From assembly GCA_045604405.1 (NCBI GenBank), contig JAZUNZ010000031.1, positions 27,295 through 91,294 of the forward strand: a stretch of 64,000 nt of DNA. The letters run 5' to 3'. Every line of letters starts with the position of its first letter. Position 1 is the first letter of the stretch. The notes under the pieces are model-generated. The model did not search any database and had not been told where the DNA came from. It saw nothing but the letters and a program-made list of their open reading frames with translations. The position numbers and the translations under genes are program-made. The DNA comes from Clostridia bacterium (GTDB taxonomy: Bacteria > Bacillota > Clostridia > TANB77 > CAG-465). Positions 8,922-18,698 of the stretch are shown piece after piece.

Positions 8922-10235
8922 ATGGAACATGTAAATATAATTGGTGCAGGACTTGCAGGATGTGAGTGCGCATATATTTTAAGTAAATATAACATAAAGT
9001 CAAGACTATATGAAATGAAGCCTTTAAAGAAAAGTCCGGCTCATGTGTCAGAAAATTTTGCAGAGCTTGTATGCAGTAACTCTTTAAAGTCGGAAGCATT
9101 AACAAACGCATGTGGCTTGTTAAAAGAGGAAATGAGACTTCTAGGTAGTATTTTTGTTGAAGCTGCATATAAATCTAAATTGCCAGCAGGCCAAGCATTA
9201 GCAGTAAATAGAGAAAAATTTTCAAAATATATAACAGATATAATAAAAAGTGATCCTAACATTGAGATTACATATGAGGAAGTAGAGGATTTAAGTAAAT
9301 TAGAGGGAATAGTCGTAATAGCAACAGGACCACTTACAAGTGATGCATTATCTAATTCAATTGCAAAACTTATCGGAGAAAACAAATTATATTTTTACGA
9401 TGCTGCAGCTCCTATTGTGCTTAGAGAAAGTATAGACATGACTAAAGCATATAGAAAAGATAGATATGGTAAGATAGGCCAGGGAGATTACTTAAATCTT
9501 GCGATGACTAAAGAAGAATATGATGTGTTCTTTGATGCTTTATTAAATGCGGAACAAGCGCCACGTCATTCTTTTGACAGCATGCAACATTTTGAAGGCT
9601 GCATGCCAATAGAAGCTATGGCAAAAAGAGGAGAGAAGACATTAACTTTCGGCCCCCTTAAACCAGTTGGTTTGTATAAAGAGGATGGAACAAAACCTTA
9701 TGCTGTATTACAACTTAGAAAAGAAGACGAAGAAGAAACTATGTATAATCTTGTGGGCTTTCAAACTAGCCTTAAATTTTCCGAGCAAAAAAGAGTTTTT
9801 GGACTTATTCCGGGACTGGAAAACGCAGAATATACAAGATATGGAGTAATGCATAGGAATACATATATAAACGCACCAAAAGTGTTAAATCAAGACTTTA
9901 GCATGAAGACAAATCCTAATATATATTTTGCAGGTCAAATAAGTGGAGTAGAGGGATATGTTGAATCAGCTGCAAGTGGACTTATGGTCGCATTTAATAT
10001 AATAGCAAAGTTAAAACAAGTAAATATACAATTTAGTGATGAAACAATGTTAGGGGCTTTAAGCAAATATATTGCAACACAAAACAGTGACTTCCAGCCT
10101 ATGAATGCAAACTTTGGAATTATTAAAAGTACAGAAACTAAAATTAAAGATAAAAAAGAAAGATATAGTTTTTATGCTGAAAGGTCATTAAATAAAATAA
10201 AGGAGTTGAGCCATGAGCTTAAAAATATTAGATGA
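8922..10235 (+). CDS. trmFO: methylenetetrahydrofolate--tRNA-(uracil54-C5)-methyltransferase TrmFO
   Basis: N-terminal FAD motif IIGAGLAGCE and the TrmFO/Gid-type sequence ELVCSNSLKS. Confidence 0.9.
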   Translation: MEHVNIIGAGLAGCECAYILSKYNIKSRLYEMKPLKKSPAHVSENFAELVCSNSLKSEALTNACGLLKEEMRLLGSIFVEAAYKSKLPAGQALAVNREKFSKYITDIIKSDPNIEITYEEVEDLSKLEGIVVIATGPLTSDALSNSIAKLIGENKLYFYDAAAPIVLRESIDMTKAYRKDRYGKIGQGDYLNLAMTKEEYDVFFDALLNAEQAPRHSFDSMQHFEGCMPIEAMAKRGEKTLTFGPLKPVGLYKEDGTKPYAVLQLRKEDEEETMYNLVGFQTSLKFSEQKRVFGLIPGLENAEYTRYGVMHRNTYINAPKVLNQDFSMKTNPNIYFAGQISGVEGYVESAASGLMVAFNIIAKLKQVNIQFSDETMLGALSKYIATQNSDFQPMNANFGIIKSTETKIKDKKERYSFYAERSLNKIKELSHELKNIR

Positions 10236-11181
10236 AGATATTAAAAATAAAAAATTGCATGGAATATATTTGCTTTACGGAAATGAAAAGTACGATATAG
10301 AAAATTATCTAGAGAAAATGAAAAAATGCTTTGCAAATTTGGAGATGGGTGTAAACTTTTTCGTGTTGGATAAAACAACTATAGATAGTTTAGCGGATAT
10401 TTGTGATAGTGTTTCGTTTTTTGGATTAGAAAAACTGGTAGTTATTAAAAACACAGGACTAAAATTTAATAAAGATATATTTGAAAATATTAATAACCCA
10501 GAGCTTGTTATAGTTATCATAGAGGATAGTGTGGATAAAAGGACATCAGAATATAAATATTTAACCAAAAAAGCCGTATGTGTGGAATTTAATAAGCTAA
10601 ATGAAAAGGATGCTATATTTTTTGTTAAGAGAATGTTAAATGCATACAAAATATCTGTATCTGATGACACTGCAAAATATTTAGTGTCTGTTTGCACAGA
10701 AGAAAAACAAATATTAATTAATGAATTTAGAAAAATTGTTGCATACTTAAATGAAGGAGAGAACCTTACAACAGATGTAATAGATAAAATATGTTCAAAA
10801 ACATTAGATGCAAAAATATTTGACCTTATGGACAGTATTATGACAAAGAAAAAAACTTTAGCGTTATCATTGTTAGAAGATATGCTTGCACAAAGTACAT
10901 ATATTGGAATAATAACGTCTATGATGTTTAAGCAAATAAAACAGATGTATCAAATAAAACTCACTGAGAAAAAAATAAAAGAAACAGGGGCAAGCATAGA
11001 TATTGCAAAAGATTTAGGAATTCATCCTTTTGCATTTGCAAAGCTGAAATCTGCAAGTTCTATGTATACATTAGAACAACTACAAAATTTAATGCTAGAT
11101 TTTGACGAATATGATGAAGCATCAAAAACTGGTAAAGTGGACATTGTTGTTGGATTAAAAACAATAATACTTAAGATGTAA
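10213..11181 (+). CDS. holA: DNA polymerase III delta subunit
   Basis: 322 aa with a typical HolA N-terminus (YLLYGNEKY) and length. It overlaps the trmFO end. Confidence 0.8.
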   Translation: MSLKILDEDIKNKKLHGIYLLYGNEKYDIENYLEKMKKCFANLEMGVNFFVLDKTTIDSLADICDSVSFFGLEKLVVIKNTGLKFNKDIFENINNPELVIVIIEDSVDKRTSEYKYLTKKAVCVEFNKLNEKDAIFFVKRMLNAYKISVSDDTAKYLVSVCTEEKQILINEFRKIVAYLNEGENLTTDVIDKICSKTLDAKIFDLMDSIMTKKKTLALSLLEDMLAQSTYIGIITSMMFKQIKQMYQIKLTEKKIKETGASIDIAKDLGIHPFAFAKLKSASSMYTLEQLQNLMLDFDEYDEASKTGKVDIVVGLKTIILKM

Positions 11182-11274
11182 AACATATTTTAACTCTTCT
11201 TTTGACAAAATATGTAATTTGTGATAAAATATAAACGTATAATATACATAATAACTATTCTAATTAGGAGGTTA

Positions 11275-11970
11275 ATGCAATTGAAAATTTTAGGTAAGGA
11301 ATTTAAACGGATAGATGACAAAGATTTTGAGTTGTACCTTGTTGACGAAATAAAAAATGACGACGAATTTGTACAAATATTAGATAAAAATTTATTTGGC
11401 CTTGTGCAAAAATTAAGCAAATTTATTTACACGGACGGACAAATAAAGGTTATATCTCAACGCGACAGACTTTATCATAAGTGCGCAGAAGTAAGATACA
11501 AATTTGAATCAGCTAACTGGTATCTAAAAAAAGATCAAGACAACATACAATTATATGTAAAAGCGGATTATGAATCAGATATAAAAACTGGCAATAAAGA
11601 TATAGACAATTTCATTGCTAAACATTACATGGTTTTAAAAAACATAATTCAGTCAAAAAAACAATTTGCAAGAGACATGTCAAAGCTAGCATATGCATTA
11701 AATTTGCCATTTGAACTGGTGATGTGCTTTAGAGGTGACGAAGAAAGCATAAGTCAATTTGTTGATACGGTAAGAAAGGCAATTGCACATTGTTTTTATG
11801 CAGACAGTTTAACAATGAAAAAATTAATCAGTTATTCATCAGAAGAAAGACAAGAAATTTTTGATTACATAGGACTTTATGTTCCCAAAACTTATATGGA
11901 AAAAGCTTTAAAGATAGGCAAATATGCATATAATTGCCTGGAAAAAAGAGAAATAATTGGTTACACATGA
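11275..11970 (+). CDS. hypothetical protein
   Basis: An AGGAGG RBS sits 6 nt before ATG 11275; the ORF-track start 11221 has none. No family recognised. Confidence 0.6.
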   Translation: MQLKILGKEFKRIDDKDFELYLVDEIKNDDEFVQILDKNLFGLVQKLSKFIYTDGQIKVISQRDRLYHKCAEVRYKFESANWYLKKDQDNIQLYVKADYESDIKTGNKDIDNFIAKHYMVLKNIIQSKKQFARDMSKLAYALNLPFELVMCFRGDEESISQFVDTVRKAIAHCFYADSLTMKKLISYSSEERQEIFDYIGLYVPKTYMEKALKIGKYAYNCLEKREIIGYT

Positions 11971-12035
11971 ATTAGTTGAAAAAAATTATAAAAACACTTC
12001 TTTTAATACATAATAGTTAAAAGAGGTGTTTTTTT

Positions 12036-12989
12036 ATGGTAAATTTCAATTTTAGAACAGATATGGCAGACGAAAGAGTAGATACATACAAGCAGGTTAA
12101 TAATTTAACCGAAATAGACGGAATAAAAGTAGAGACTAAATCTGAAGAAATGGTAAAGACGACAACTGTAGATGTACTAAATGAAAATGGTAAAAATGCA
12201 GTAAAAAAAGATATAGGCAAATACATAACTATTGAAATAAGTGATGTTGAGTATCTAACAGAGGAACAAAAACAAAGAGTAATTTCAGCACTTTCAGAAC
12301 AAATCAAAATACTTATAGGAAGAAATCTTAATAGTGTAATGATCGTGGGGCTTGGAAATGAATCAGTAACACCTGATGCGTTAGGACCAAAAGTAGTTTC
12401 CTATATTAATGTAACAAGACATATGTTAATGTATGCCAAAGATTATGTTGAACCTGGAACCAGAGAGATAAGCGCCATATCACCAGGTGTACTTGGAACT
12501 ACTGGTATAGAAACTGAGGAGATAATAGAGTCTGTTACAAAATTGGTAAAACCAGACGTGTTAATAGTAATAGACAGCTTGGCTTCTATGAGTGTAACAA
12601 GAATTGGCAAAACCATTCAACTTGGAAATACTGGCATAACACCAGGAGCAGGTGTAGGAAATAAAAGGCGCGCTTTAAACAAACAAAGTCTGGGCATGGA
12701 TGTAATAGCAATTGGTGTACCTACAGTTGTGGATATGGCAACAATTACAAATGAAGCAATAGATAAACTAACTAATAATTTAAAGAATGAAGCTACAAAT
12801 TATATGAATCATGGACTGGATAAAGCAAAAGTAGAAGAAATTTTCGCTCTTTTTGATAGAGAAGATAGATACAACATGATAGCAAATGCGCTTCATACAG
12901 ACAACTACATAGTTACACCAAAGGAAATAGACAATGTTATATTTAAAATTTCCGAGATAATTGCAAGTGGGTTAAATGTGGCGTTGTAA
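12036..12989 (+). CDS. gpr: GPR endopeptidase (spore germination protease)
   Basis: 317 aa with N-terminus FRTDMADE and GLGNESVTPDALGP, typical of the Gpr family. Confidence 0.9.
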   Translation: MVNFNFRTDMADERVDTYKQVNNLTEIDGIKVETKSEEMVKTTTVDVLNENGKNAVKKDIGKYITIEISDVEYLTEEQKQRVISALSEQIKILIGRNLNSVMIVGLGNESVTPDALGPKVVSYINVTRHMLMYAKDYVEPGTREISAISPGVLGTTGIETEEIIESVTKLVKPDVLIVIDSLASMSVTRIGKTIQLGNTGITPGAGVGNKRRALNKQSLGMDVIAIGVPTVVDMATITNEAIDKLTNNLKNEATNYMNHGLDKAKVEEIFALFDREDRYNMIANALHTDNYIVTPKEIDNVIFKISEIIASGLNVAL

Positions 12990-13004
12990 TATAAATAATT
13001 ATTT

Positions 13005-13037
13005 AAGCAGATAATAAGTTGTTAATTATCTGCTTTT
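13005..13037 (+). terminator. rho-independent terminator after gpr
   Basis: AAGCAGATAAT...ATTATCTGCTT hairpin followed by TTT. Confidence 0.7.
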
Positions 13038-13077
13038 GTGATATGCTTTTAAATGAGAAAAAGGAGTAGAATAAAAA

Positions 13078-13509
13078 ATGTTAGAAATTAAAACTTATCC
13101 GTTGGGATATTGTAGTGAATTAGAATACACTAGAGTGGTTTGTGTAAGTAGATATAAAGGTAATTATATATTTTCATATAATAAAAAGCGTGAAGGGTGG
13201 GAAATACCTGGTGGACATATTGAAGAAGGTGAAAGTTGGGAAGAAGCAGCTAAAAGAGAAATGTACGAAGAAACTGGTGCTACTAAAATTGAAATAGAGC
13301 CAGTTTGTGTGTATAAGATTAATTCATTTGCTTTACTTTGCTTTTGTGAGATTATAGAGATTGAAGAAATGCCTAAAGAGTATGAAATGGAAAAAATAAT
13401 GTTTTGTGACAAACTGCCACAAAATTTAACTTTTCCAGAAGCTCATACATTATATTTCAGCATTGTGAAAAAGTATCTTGATAATAAAGATATAAAAGAG
13501 TTACAATAA
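13078..13509 (+). CDS. NUDIX hydrolase
   Basis: Nudix box GGHIEEGESWEEAAKREMYEETG. Confidence 0.85.
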   Translation: MLEIKTYPLGYCSELEYTRVVCVSRYKGNYIFSYNKKREGWEIPGGHIEEGESWEEAAKREMYEETGATKIEIEPVCVYKINSFALLCFCEIIEIEEMPKEYEMEKIMFCDKLPQNLTFPEAHTLYFSIVKKYLDNKDIKELQ

Positions 13510-13546
13510 CGTACTCCGACCTAGAGTTGCAAGAACGTATTTCCAC

Positions 13547-13811
13547 AGTTGTAGACATGGCTACGATTACAAATGAAGCAATAGATAAACATACAAACAG
13601 AATAAAAGACGAAGCTACAAATTATACAAACCATGGAATAGATAGAAAAAAAGTAGAAGAAATATTTTATCTTTTTGATAGAGAAGATAGATATAACATG
13701 ATAGCAAATGCACTTCATACAGACAACTACATAGTTACACCAAAGGAAATAGACAATGTTATACTTAAAATTTCTGAGATAATTGCTAGCGGATTAAATG
13801 TTGCATTATAA
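13547..13811 (+). pseudogene. orphan duplicate of the gpr 3' end (last 88 codons)
   Basis: Translation TVVDMATITNEAIDK...IASGLNVAL matches gpr residues about 230-317 at 78 of 88 positions (hand alignment). There is no upstream gpr body. The ATG at 13527 is fortuitous. Confidence 0.85.
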
Positions 13812-13955
13812 CATAAAAAATAAGCCAAGCCCTGTAATGGAATAAGACAAAAGAAAATAGCAATCCAAAATATTTATAAATATGTAATATTTAGGTATTT
13901 ACTTGCTTTTTGGGTAAAAAAAGTGTAAAATAACTTCTGTAGAGGGGGGCTTAAA

Positions 13956-15131
13956 ATGAGAAATAAATTTTTGAGTGTTTTAGCGATAATGTTTGTAGTG
14001 TTAATTTCTATTACAAATGTTTATGCTACAGATGGGATGTTTCATTTGGGAGTATATGAAGATATATACAAGCTAAGTGAACAAGAAGATGTAATAGATT
14101 TACCATTTGTGAATATGTTTGCAAATGCTGCAACTTATGACAAAATAATAACGCATTCTGGAATAAGCTTTGGACAATCTACAATAGATGTAGACGACAA
14201 GTTAGAAGGAGCACATATACTTTTTACAAATGATATGATAACTATAAAAGGTGAAGTTGAAAATGCGTTAATATTTGGTTCTAACGCAGTAATAGAAGGA
14301 AAAATTACAGAAGATTCTATTATATTAGCTCCAACTGTTCAAATTTTAGAAAATGCTACTATAGAAAAAGATGTAATTATAGTGGCAAATAATTTAGATA
14401 TAAAAGGAACAATTAAAGGCAATGTAATAGCAACAGTAGCTGAAACAGCTAATATTTCAGGTGTCATACAAGATGATCTTAGAATGATAGCTAGAGAAGT
14501 AGTATTTGACGGAGAAGAAATAAAAGGAGATCTATACCTTGAGACAAACGCAGATACAACAGCTATAAAAGAAAAATATACTGAAGCTACTATTGTATCT
14601 TTAGTAGAGGAAACAGAATCAGCAATAGATTGGATGAATGTATTTACAAATGGTGTAATTACTGTCATTGTATATAGCATAATATGTTTCGTGGTTACTA
14701 GAAAAAATGGCAACATAGTAGAAAAAGCGTGCAATAAGTTTAAAAAATATACAACTTATGGGCTTTTAATGTCAATAGTTATGTTAATATTATTAATATT
14801 GTTACCAATGTTATTAATTGTGCTTGCAGTTGCTGGATTCGGAATAATTGCTTGGCCAATATTAATAGCATTTATAGCAATAGTATTACTAACATGGACA
14901 ACAGCCATGCTAATAGTTGGAATGGCTATATTTGATGCAATAAAAGATAAAGTGGGCAAATTCAAAATACCAGTTATAGCTTTAATATACATAGTATTAT
15001 TTGCTCTAACACAAATAACATTTATTTCAACATATGCAAATATGGCAATGTTAATAATTGCATTAGCTATAATAATGACAATGATTACTAAAAAGCTTCC
15101 AAGTGAAGTAAAAGAAAAAGTAAGCAAATAA
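13956..15131 (+). CDS. membrane protein with signal peptide, beta-helix-like repeat region and C-terminal multi-TM block
   Basis: 391 aa. N-terminal signal ends ..TNVYA. Repetitive G.V/I..D/N segments resemble bactofilin-type repeats. About five hydrophobic helices lie at the C-terminus. Confidence 0.65.
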   Translation: MRNKFLSVLAIMFVVLISITNVYATDGMFHLGVYEDIYKLSEQEDVIDLPFVNMFANAATYDKIITHSGISFGQSTIDVDDKLEGAHILFTNDMITIKGEVENALIFGSNAVIEGKITEDSIILAPTVQILENATIEKDVIIVANNLDIKGTIKGNVIATVAETANISGVIQDDLRMIAREVVFDGEEIKGDLYLETNADTTAIKEKYTEATIVSLVEETESAIDWMNVFTNGVITVIVYSIICFVVTRKNGNIVEKACNKFKKYTTYGLLMSIVMLILLILLPMLLIVLAVAGFGIIAWPILIAFIAIVLLTWTTAMLIVGMAIFDAIKDKVGKFKIPVIALIYIVLFALTQITFISTYANMAMLIIALAIIMTMITKKLPSEVKEKVSK

Positions 15132-15146
15132 AATGAATAAAAAGGC

Positions 15147-15178
15147 AAAACAATCCTCTTTTAACGAGGATTGTTTTT
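15147..15178. terminator. bidirectional terminator
   Basis: AAAACAATCCTC...GAGGATTGTTTT hairpin flanked by A/T runs. It overlaps the 3' end of the GT gene. Confidence 0.7.
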
Positions 15179-16240
15179 GCTTTCAAAAAACGTTTTATTA
15201 TTAAGGTAGCTTGGATTTTCTGGCTTTATGCTACCTGCCATTTCGTTATATTCTATTGCATGATCAATATCTCCTAAATGGTAATAACAAACGCATAAAT
15301 TTATATATGGTATGAAGTCGTAGTAATCTTTTGAAAAGAAACCGCCAGACGAGATATCATACTTCTTATCTAAGGCCTCTTTTAGCCAATAGATAGCAAG
15401 GGTATAGTTTTTTTTAGATATAAAATGCTGGCCTATATTACAGCACACTTCGGCACGAGGTACATCGTATTCAAATGATTTAAACAGCAAACTAAGGGCT
15501 GAAGTTTCATCTTTTAAGTCTGTATAAAGGTGATATAAATCAAGGCATGCAGATATCTTGTTTTCTACCCAAGCATCTGGCATGTTAAATAAATTGTTGT
15601 ATTCTTTTATGCTTTCTTCATATCTTTTTGCATACATAAGCTCTCTTGCATAATAAAAGGTTTGTCTTGCATCAAATATTTCGCCCTTTTCTTTCATCTT
15701 TTCAAAAATTGTAAGATTTCTTTTAGGATCAGAGGCATGTATTTTCTTATGAGTTATCGCAATGTCTTCTTTTAATACTTTACCACTTCTTGGAATTACT
15801 TCATGAATTGGGCTTATCCATTTGAAATTTTTAGAACGCTTCACAATCCTTTCGCGGTAAAAAGAAAGAGCAGGAATACCATTTTTATCTAAATTTAGAT
15901 TATATTTTAGTAGAACCATGTCAATATCTAAGGTTAGTATTTTTTTAAGAACCTTTAGTTTTTCTCTATCTTCTTCTAGTATGACATCGTCTGCGTCCAA
16001 CCACATAATATAGTCTTTAGTTGCTTTTGAAAAAGAAAAGTTTCTAGCCTTTGAAAAGTCATAACACCATTTAAAGTCATAAACATTATTAGTATATCTT
16101 AATGCAATTTCTTTAGTATCATCTGTAGAACCGGTATCTACAATTATTATTTCATCTGCAATATCCTTCATAGAGTCTAAACATCTACCTAATGTATCGT
16201 GCTCGTTTTTTACAATCATACATAAAGAAAGAGTTATCAT
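15161..16240 (-). CDS. family-2 glycosyltransferase fused to TPR repeats
   Basis: MITLSLCMIVKNE...TGSTDDT...WLDADD GT2 motifs and a TPR-like C-terminal half. An AGGTGA RBS sits before ATG 16240. The longer ORF-track N-terminus (to 16438) is rejected. Confidence 0.8.
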   Translation of the reverse strand: MITLSLCMIVKNEHDTLGRCLDSMKDIADEIIIVDTGSTDDTKEIALRYTNNVYDFKWCYDFSKARNFSFSKATKDYIMWLDADDVILEEDREKLKVLKKILTLDIDMVLLKYNLNLDKNGIPALSFYRERIVKRSKNFKWISPIHEVIPRSGKVLKEDIAITHKKIHASDPKRNLTIFEKMKEKGEIFDARQTFYYARELMYAKRYEESIKEYNNLFNMPDAWVENKISACLDLYHLYTDLKDETSALSLLFKSFEYDVPRAEVCCNIGQHFISKKNYTLAIYWLKEALDKKYDISSGGFFSKDYYDFIPYINLCVCYYHLGDIDHAIEYNEMAGSIKPENPSYLNNKTFFESKNNPR

Positions 16241-16351
16241 AAAATCACCTAATTTAATATATGATATTTTTAAAAGATAAGTGACACAAATTAAGAGGAC
16301 AAGGCATAATATATATTGGACACGATGTCCGAAGAAAGGGTAGATTAAAAA

Positions 16352-16654
16352 ATGAATAAAAATGGATATAATTGTTGTTGGTGCTGTTGTGAAAACTTTA
16401 AGAACGATTGGGGTTGTGGACACGAAAAAGAATCTCACAAATGTTACTATGAGAAAGAAAAAGAATTTCCAAAATGCAATTGCTATGAAAAGGAAAAAGA
16501 GTTTCCAAGCTGTGGATGTTCACAAGGAAACTATTCAAACAAAAACTACGATTTTGGATTTGCTAACAAATCTAAATATGAAAATTCTTGTGGATGCCAA
16601 AAGGGTAATTACGGACACGAAAAATACGATCAAAAGAATTTTGGCTGGTATTAA
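16352..16654 (+). CDS. cysteine-rich small protein (spore-surface candidate)
   Basis: 100 aa with 15 Cys, a CCWCCC N-terminus and the tandem unit YEKEKEFP(K/S)C. It ends before the hairpin at about 16664-16685. The overlapping frame 16362..16703 runs through that hairpin. Confidence 0.55.
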   Translation: MNKNGYNCCWCCCENFKNDWGCGHEKESHKCYYEKEKEFPKCNCYEKEKEFPSCGCSQGNYSNKNYDFGFANKSKYENSCGCQKGNYGHEKYDQKNFGWY

Positions 16655-16772
16655 TATTGAAAAAAGGGGTAGAAAAATCTACCTCTTACATATTGAAAAT
16701 TAAAAAAAGTTACTATATAATATGCTAAGAAATAAAAACAACTAAACTAAATAATTTTAGGGAGATAAATAT

Positions 16773-17351
16773 ATGTTGAAACTTTTACGTATAGAAGATA
16801 CAAATGTTTTTGCTATAGTAGAGGAGGAGAAATTTAACAAATATCTAGAAGTAGATGGCTATACTCGGATTGAAGAAACTGCTGCGAAAGATTTTGTAGT
16901 AAATTTAAGTATGCAAGAACATTCTTGGTTTGGCGAAGTGCAAAAACTACGTGAAGAGAAAAGAGCAGAGCTGTATAAAAATGAAGGAAACGAAAAAAAG
17001 GTGTATATAGACTTAAAAACGATTCTTATTCATTACTTTAATGAATCCAATAAGTTTCATGTAGTAGTAAGAAAAATAGTGAACCTGGCAAATCATATGT
17101 ATAATGCACTAAGAGATAGAATATTACTAGATAATTACGACATTAGTTTAGATATGTTTGCAGAAAGCGTTGAAAGAATACTTCAATATAATAGGGATAT
17201 TTTTGCAACGGATTCTGACACAGAGATTACTTTTGACTCTTGGATTTATTTTAAATTATCTGTTGAAGATGCTGAAGCATTAGCAAAATTACATCCGTTA
17301 GATGAAATTGTATTGGATATTATTAGAGAGTTTATACAAAAGCACAAGTAA
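16773..17351 (+). CDS. hypothetical protein
   Basis: 192-aa ORF with GGGAG RBS. No family recognised. Confidence 0.6.
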   Translation: MLKLLRIEDTNVFAIVEEEKFNKYLEVDGYTRIEETAAKDFVVNLSMQEHSWFGEVQKLREEKRAELYKNEGNEKKVYIDLKTILIHYFNESNKFHVVVRKIVNLANHMYNALRDRILLDNYDISLDMFAESVERILQYNRDIFATDSDTEITFDSWIYFKLSVEDAEALAKLHPLDEIVLDIIREFIQKHK

Positions 17352-17420
17352 CAAGAAGGGTAGATAGAAATATCTGCTCTTTTTGTTGCATAAATAGAAT
17401 TTATGCATATAATACATTAG

Positions 17421-18121
<701 letters not shown>

Positions 18122-18124
18122 CTA

Positions 18125-18153
18125 TTGCAATATTATAGAAATTGTAGTACAAT
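18125..18153 (+). promoter_or_regulatory. putative sigma-A promoter of the rimP-nusA-infB operon
   Basis: TTGCAA, a 17-nt spacer, then TACAAT. Confidence 0.5.
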
Positions 18154-18176
18154 ATTAGTGTCAATATGGGAAATGC

Positions 18177-18204
18177 AAGTGAGAGGACATGAGTCCTCTC
18201 ACTT
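18177..18204 (+). promoter_or_regulatory. perfect 12-bp leader hairpin upstream of rimP
   Basis: AAGTGAGAGGAC-atga-GTCCTCTCACTT with no T-tract after it. Confidence 0.6.
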
Positions 18205-18227
18205 AATGTAATGTAAAGGAGGATGCT

Positions 18228-18686
18228 ATGTCGAAATTAACGGATAGTATAGAAAATAAAATTGTAAAAGATGTAGAAGCTTTAGGATATGAAATTGAGT
18301 ACACAGAATATGTAAAAGAAGGCGACAGCAAAATATTTAGGGTGGTAATAGATAAGCCGGGAGAAAGCCTTACTACAGAGGCCTGTGAAATAGTTAGCAG
18401 GAAAATTGAAAATACTGTAGACGGCCTTATGGCTAAAGATGAAGCTTATGTTTTAGAGGTTTCATCACCAGGCTTAGAAAGAGCATTGAAAAATAATAAA
18501 TTATACCAAAAATACATAGGTAATAATGTTAGAATTAAATTGTATAAGAAGGTAGAAGAAGTAAAGGAGCTAGAAGGAACACTTATTGAATCTAAAGAGG
18601 ATTATATAGTACTTCTAGTAGAAGATAAACAAATAAAAATAGAAAGAGAAAATATAGCTTGTGGAAACACAGTATATGAATTTTAG
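18228..18686 (+). CDS. rimP: ribosome maturation factor RimP
   Basis: 152 aa with typical RimP length and sequence (LEVSSPGLERAL), located upstream of nusA. Confidence 0.9.
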   Translation: MSKLTDSIENKIVKDVEALGYEIEYTEYVKEGDSKIFRVVIDKPGESLTTEACEIVSRKIENTVDGLMAKDEAYVLEVSSPGLERALKNNKLYQKYIGNNVRIKLYKKVEEVKELEGTLIESKEDYIVLLVEDKQIKIERENIACGNTVYEF

Positions 18687-18698
18687 GAGGAATTGAAA

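Noticed and set aside
8833-9168. 111-aa minus-strand ORF overlapping the trmFO start
   Set aside because: It lies antisense to a well-supported gene, has no RBS, and its composition is typical of a shadow ORF.
13527-13546. ATG at 13527 as the start of an independent 94-aa gene
   Set aside because: Similarity to gpr begins only at 13547, there is no RBS, and the reading frame is simply the displaced gpr tail.
16241-16438. 66-codon N-terminal extension of the GT2-TPR ORF
   Set aside because: A good RBS (AGGTGA) precedes the internal ATG at 16240, which begins the conserved GT2 N-terminus MITLSLCMIVKNE. The extension would overlap the divergent promoter region and the Cys-rich gene.
16362-16703. 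113-aa ORF overlapping the Cys-rich gene in another frame
   Set aside because: It runs through the terminator-like hairpin at about 16664-16685 and has no clear RBS. The Cys-rich frame stops before the hairpin. The choice remains only moderately confident.
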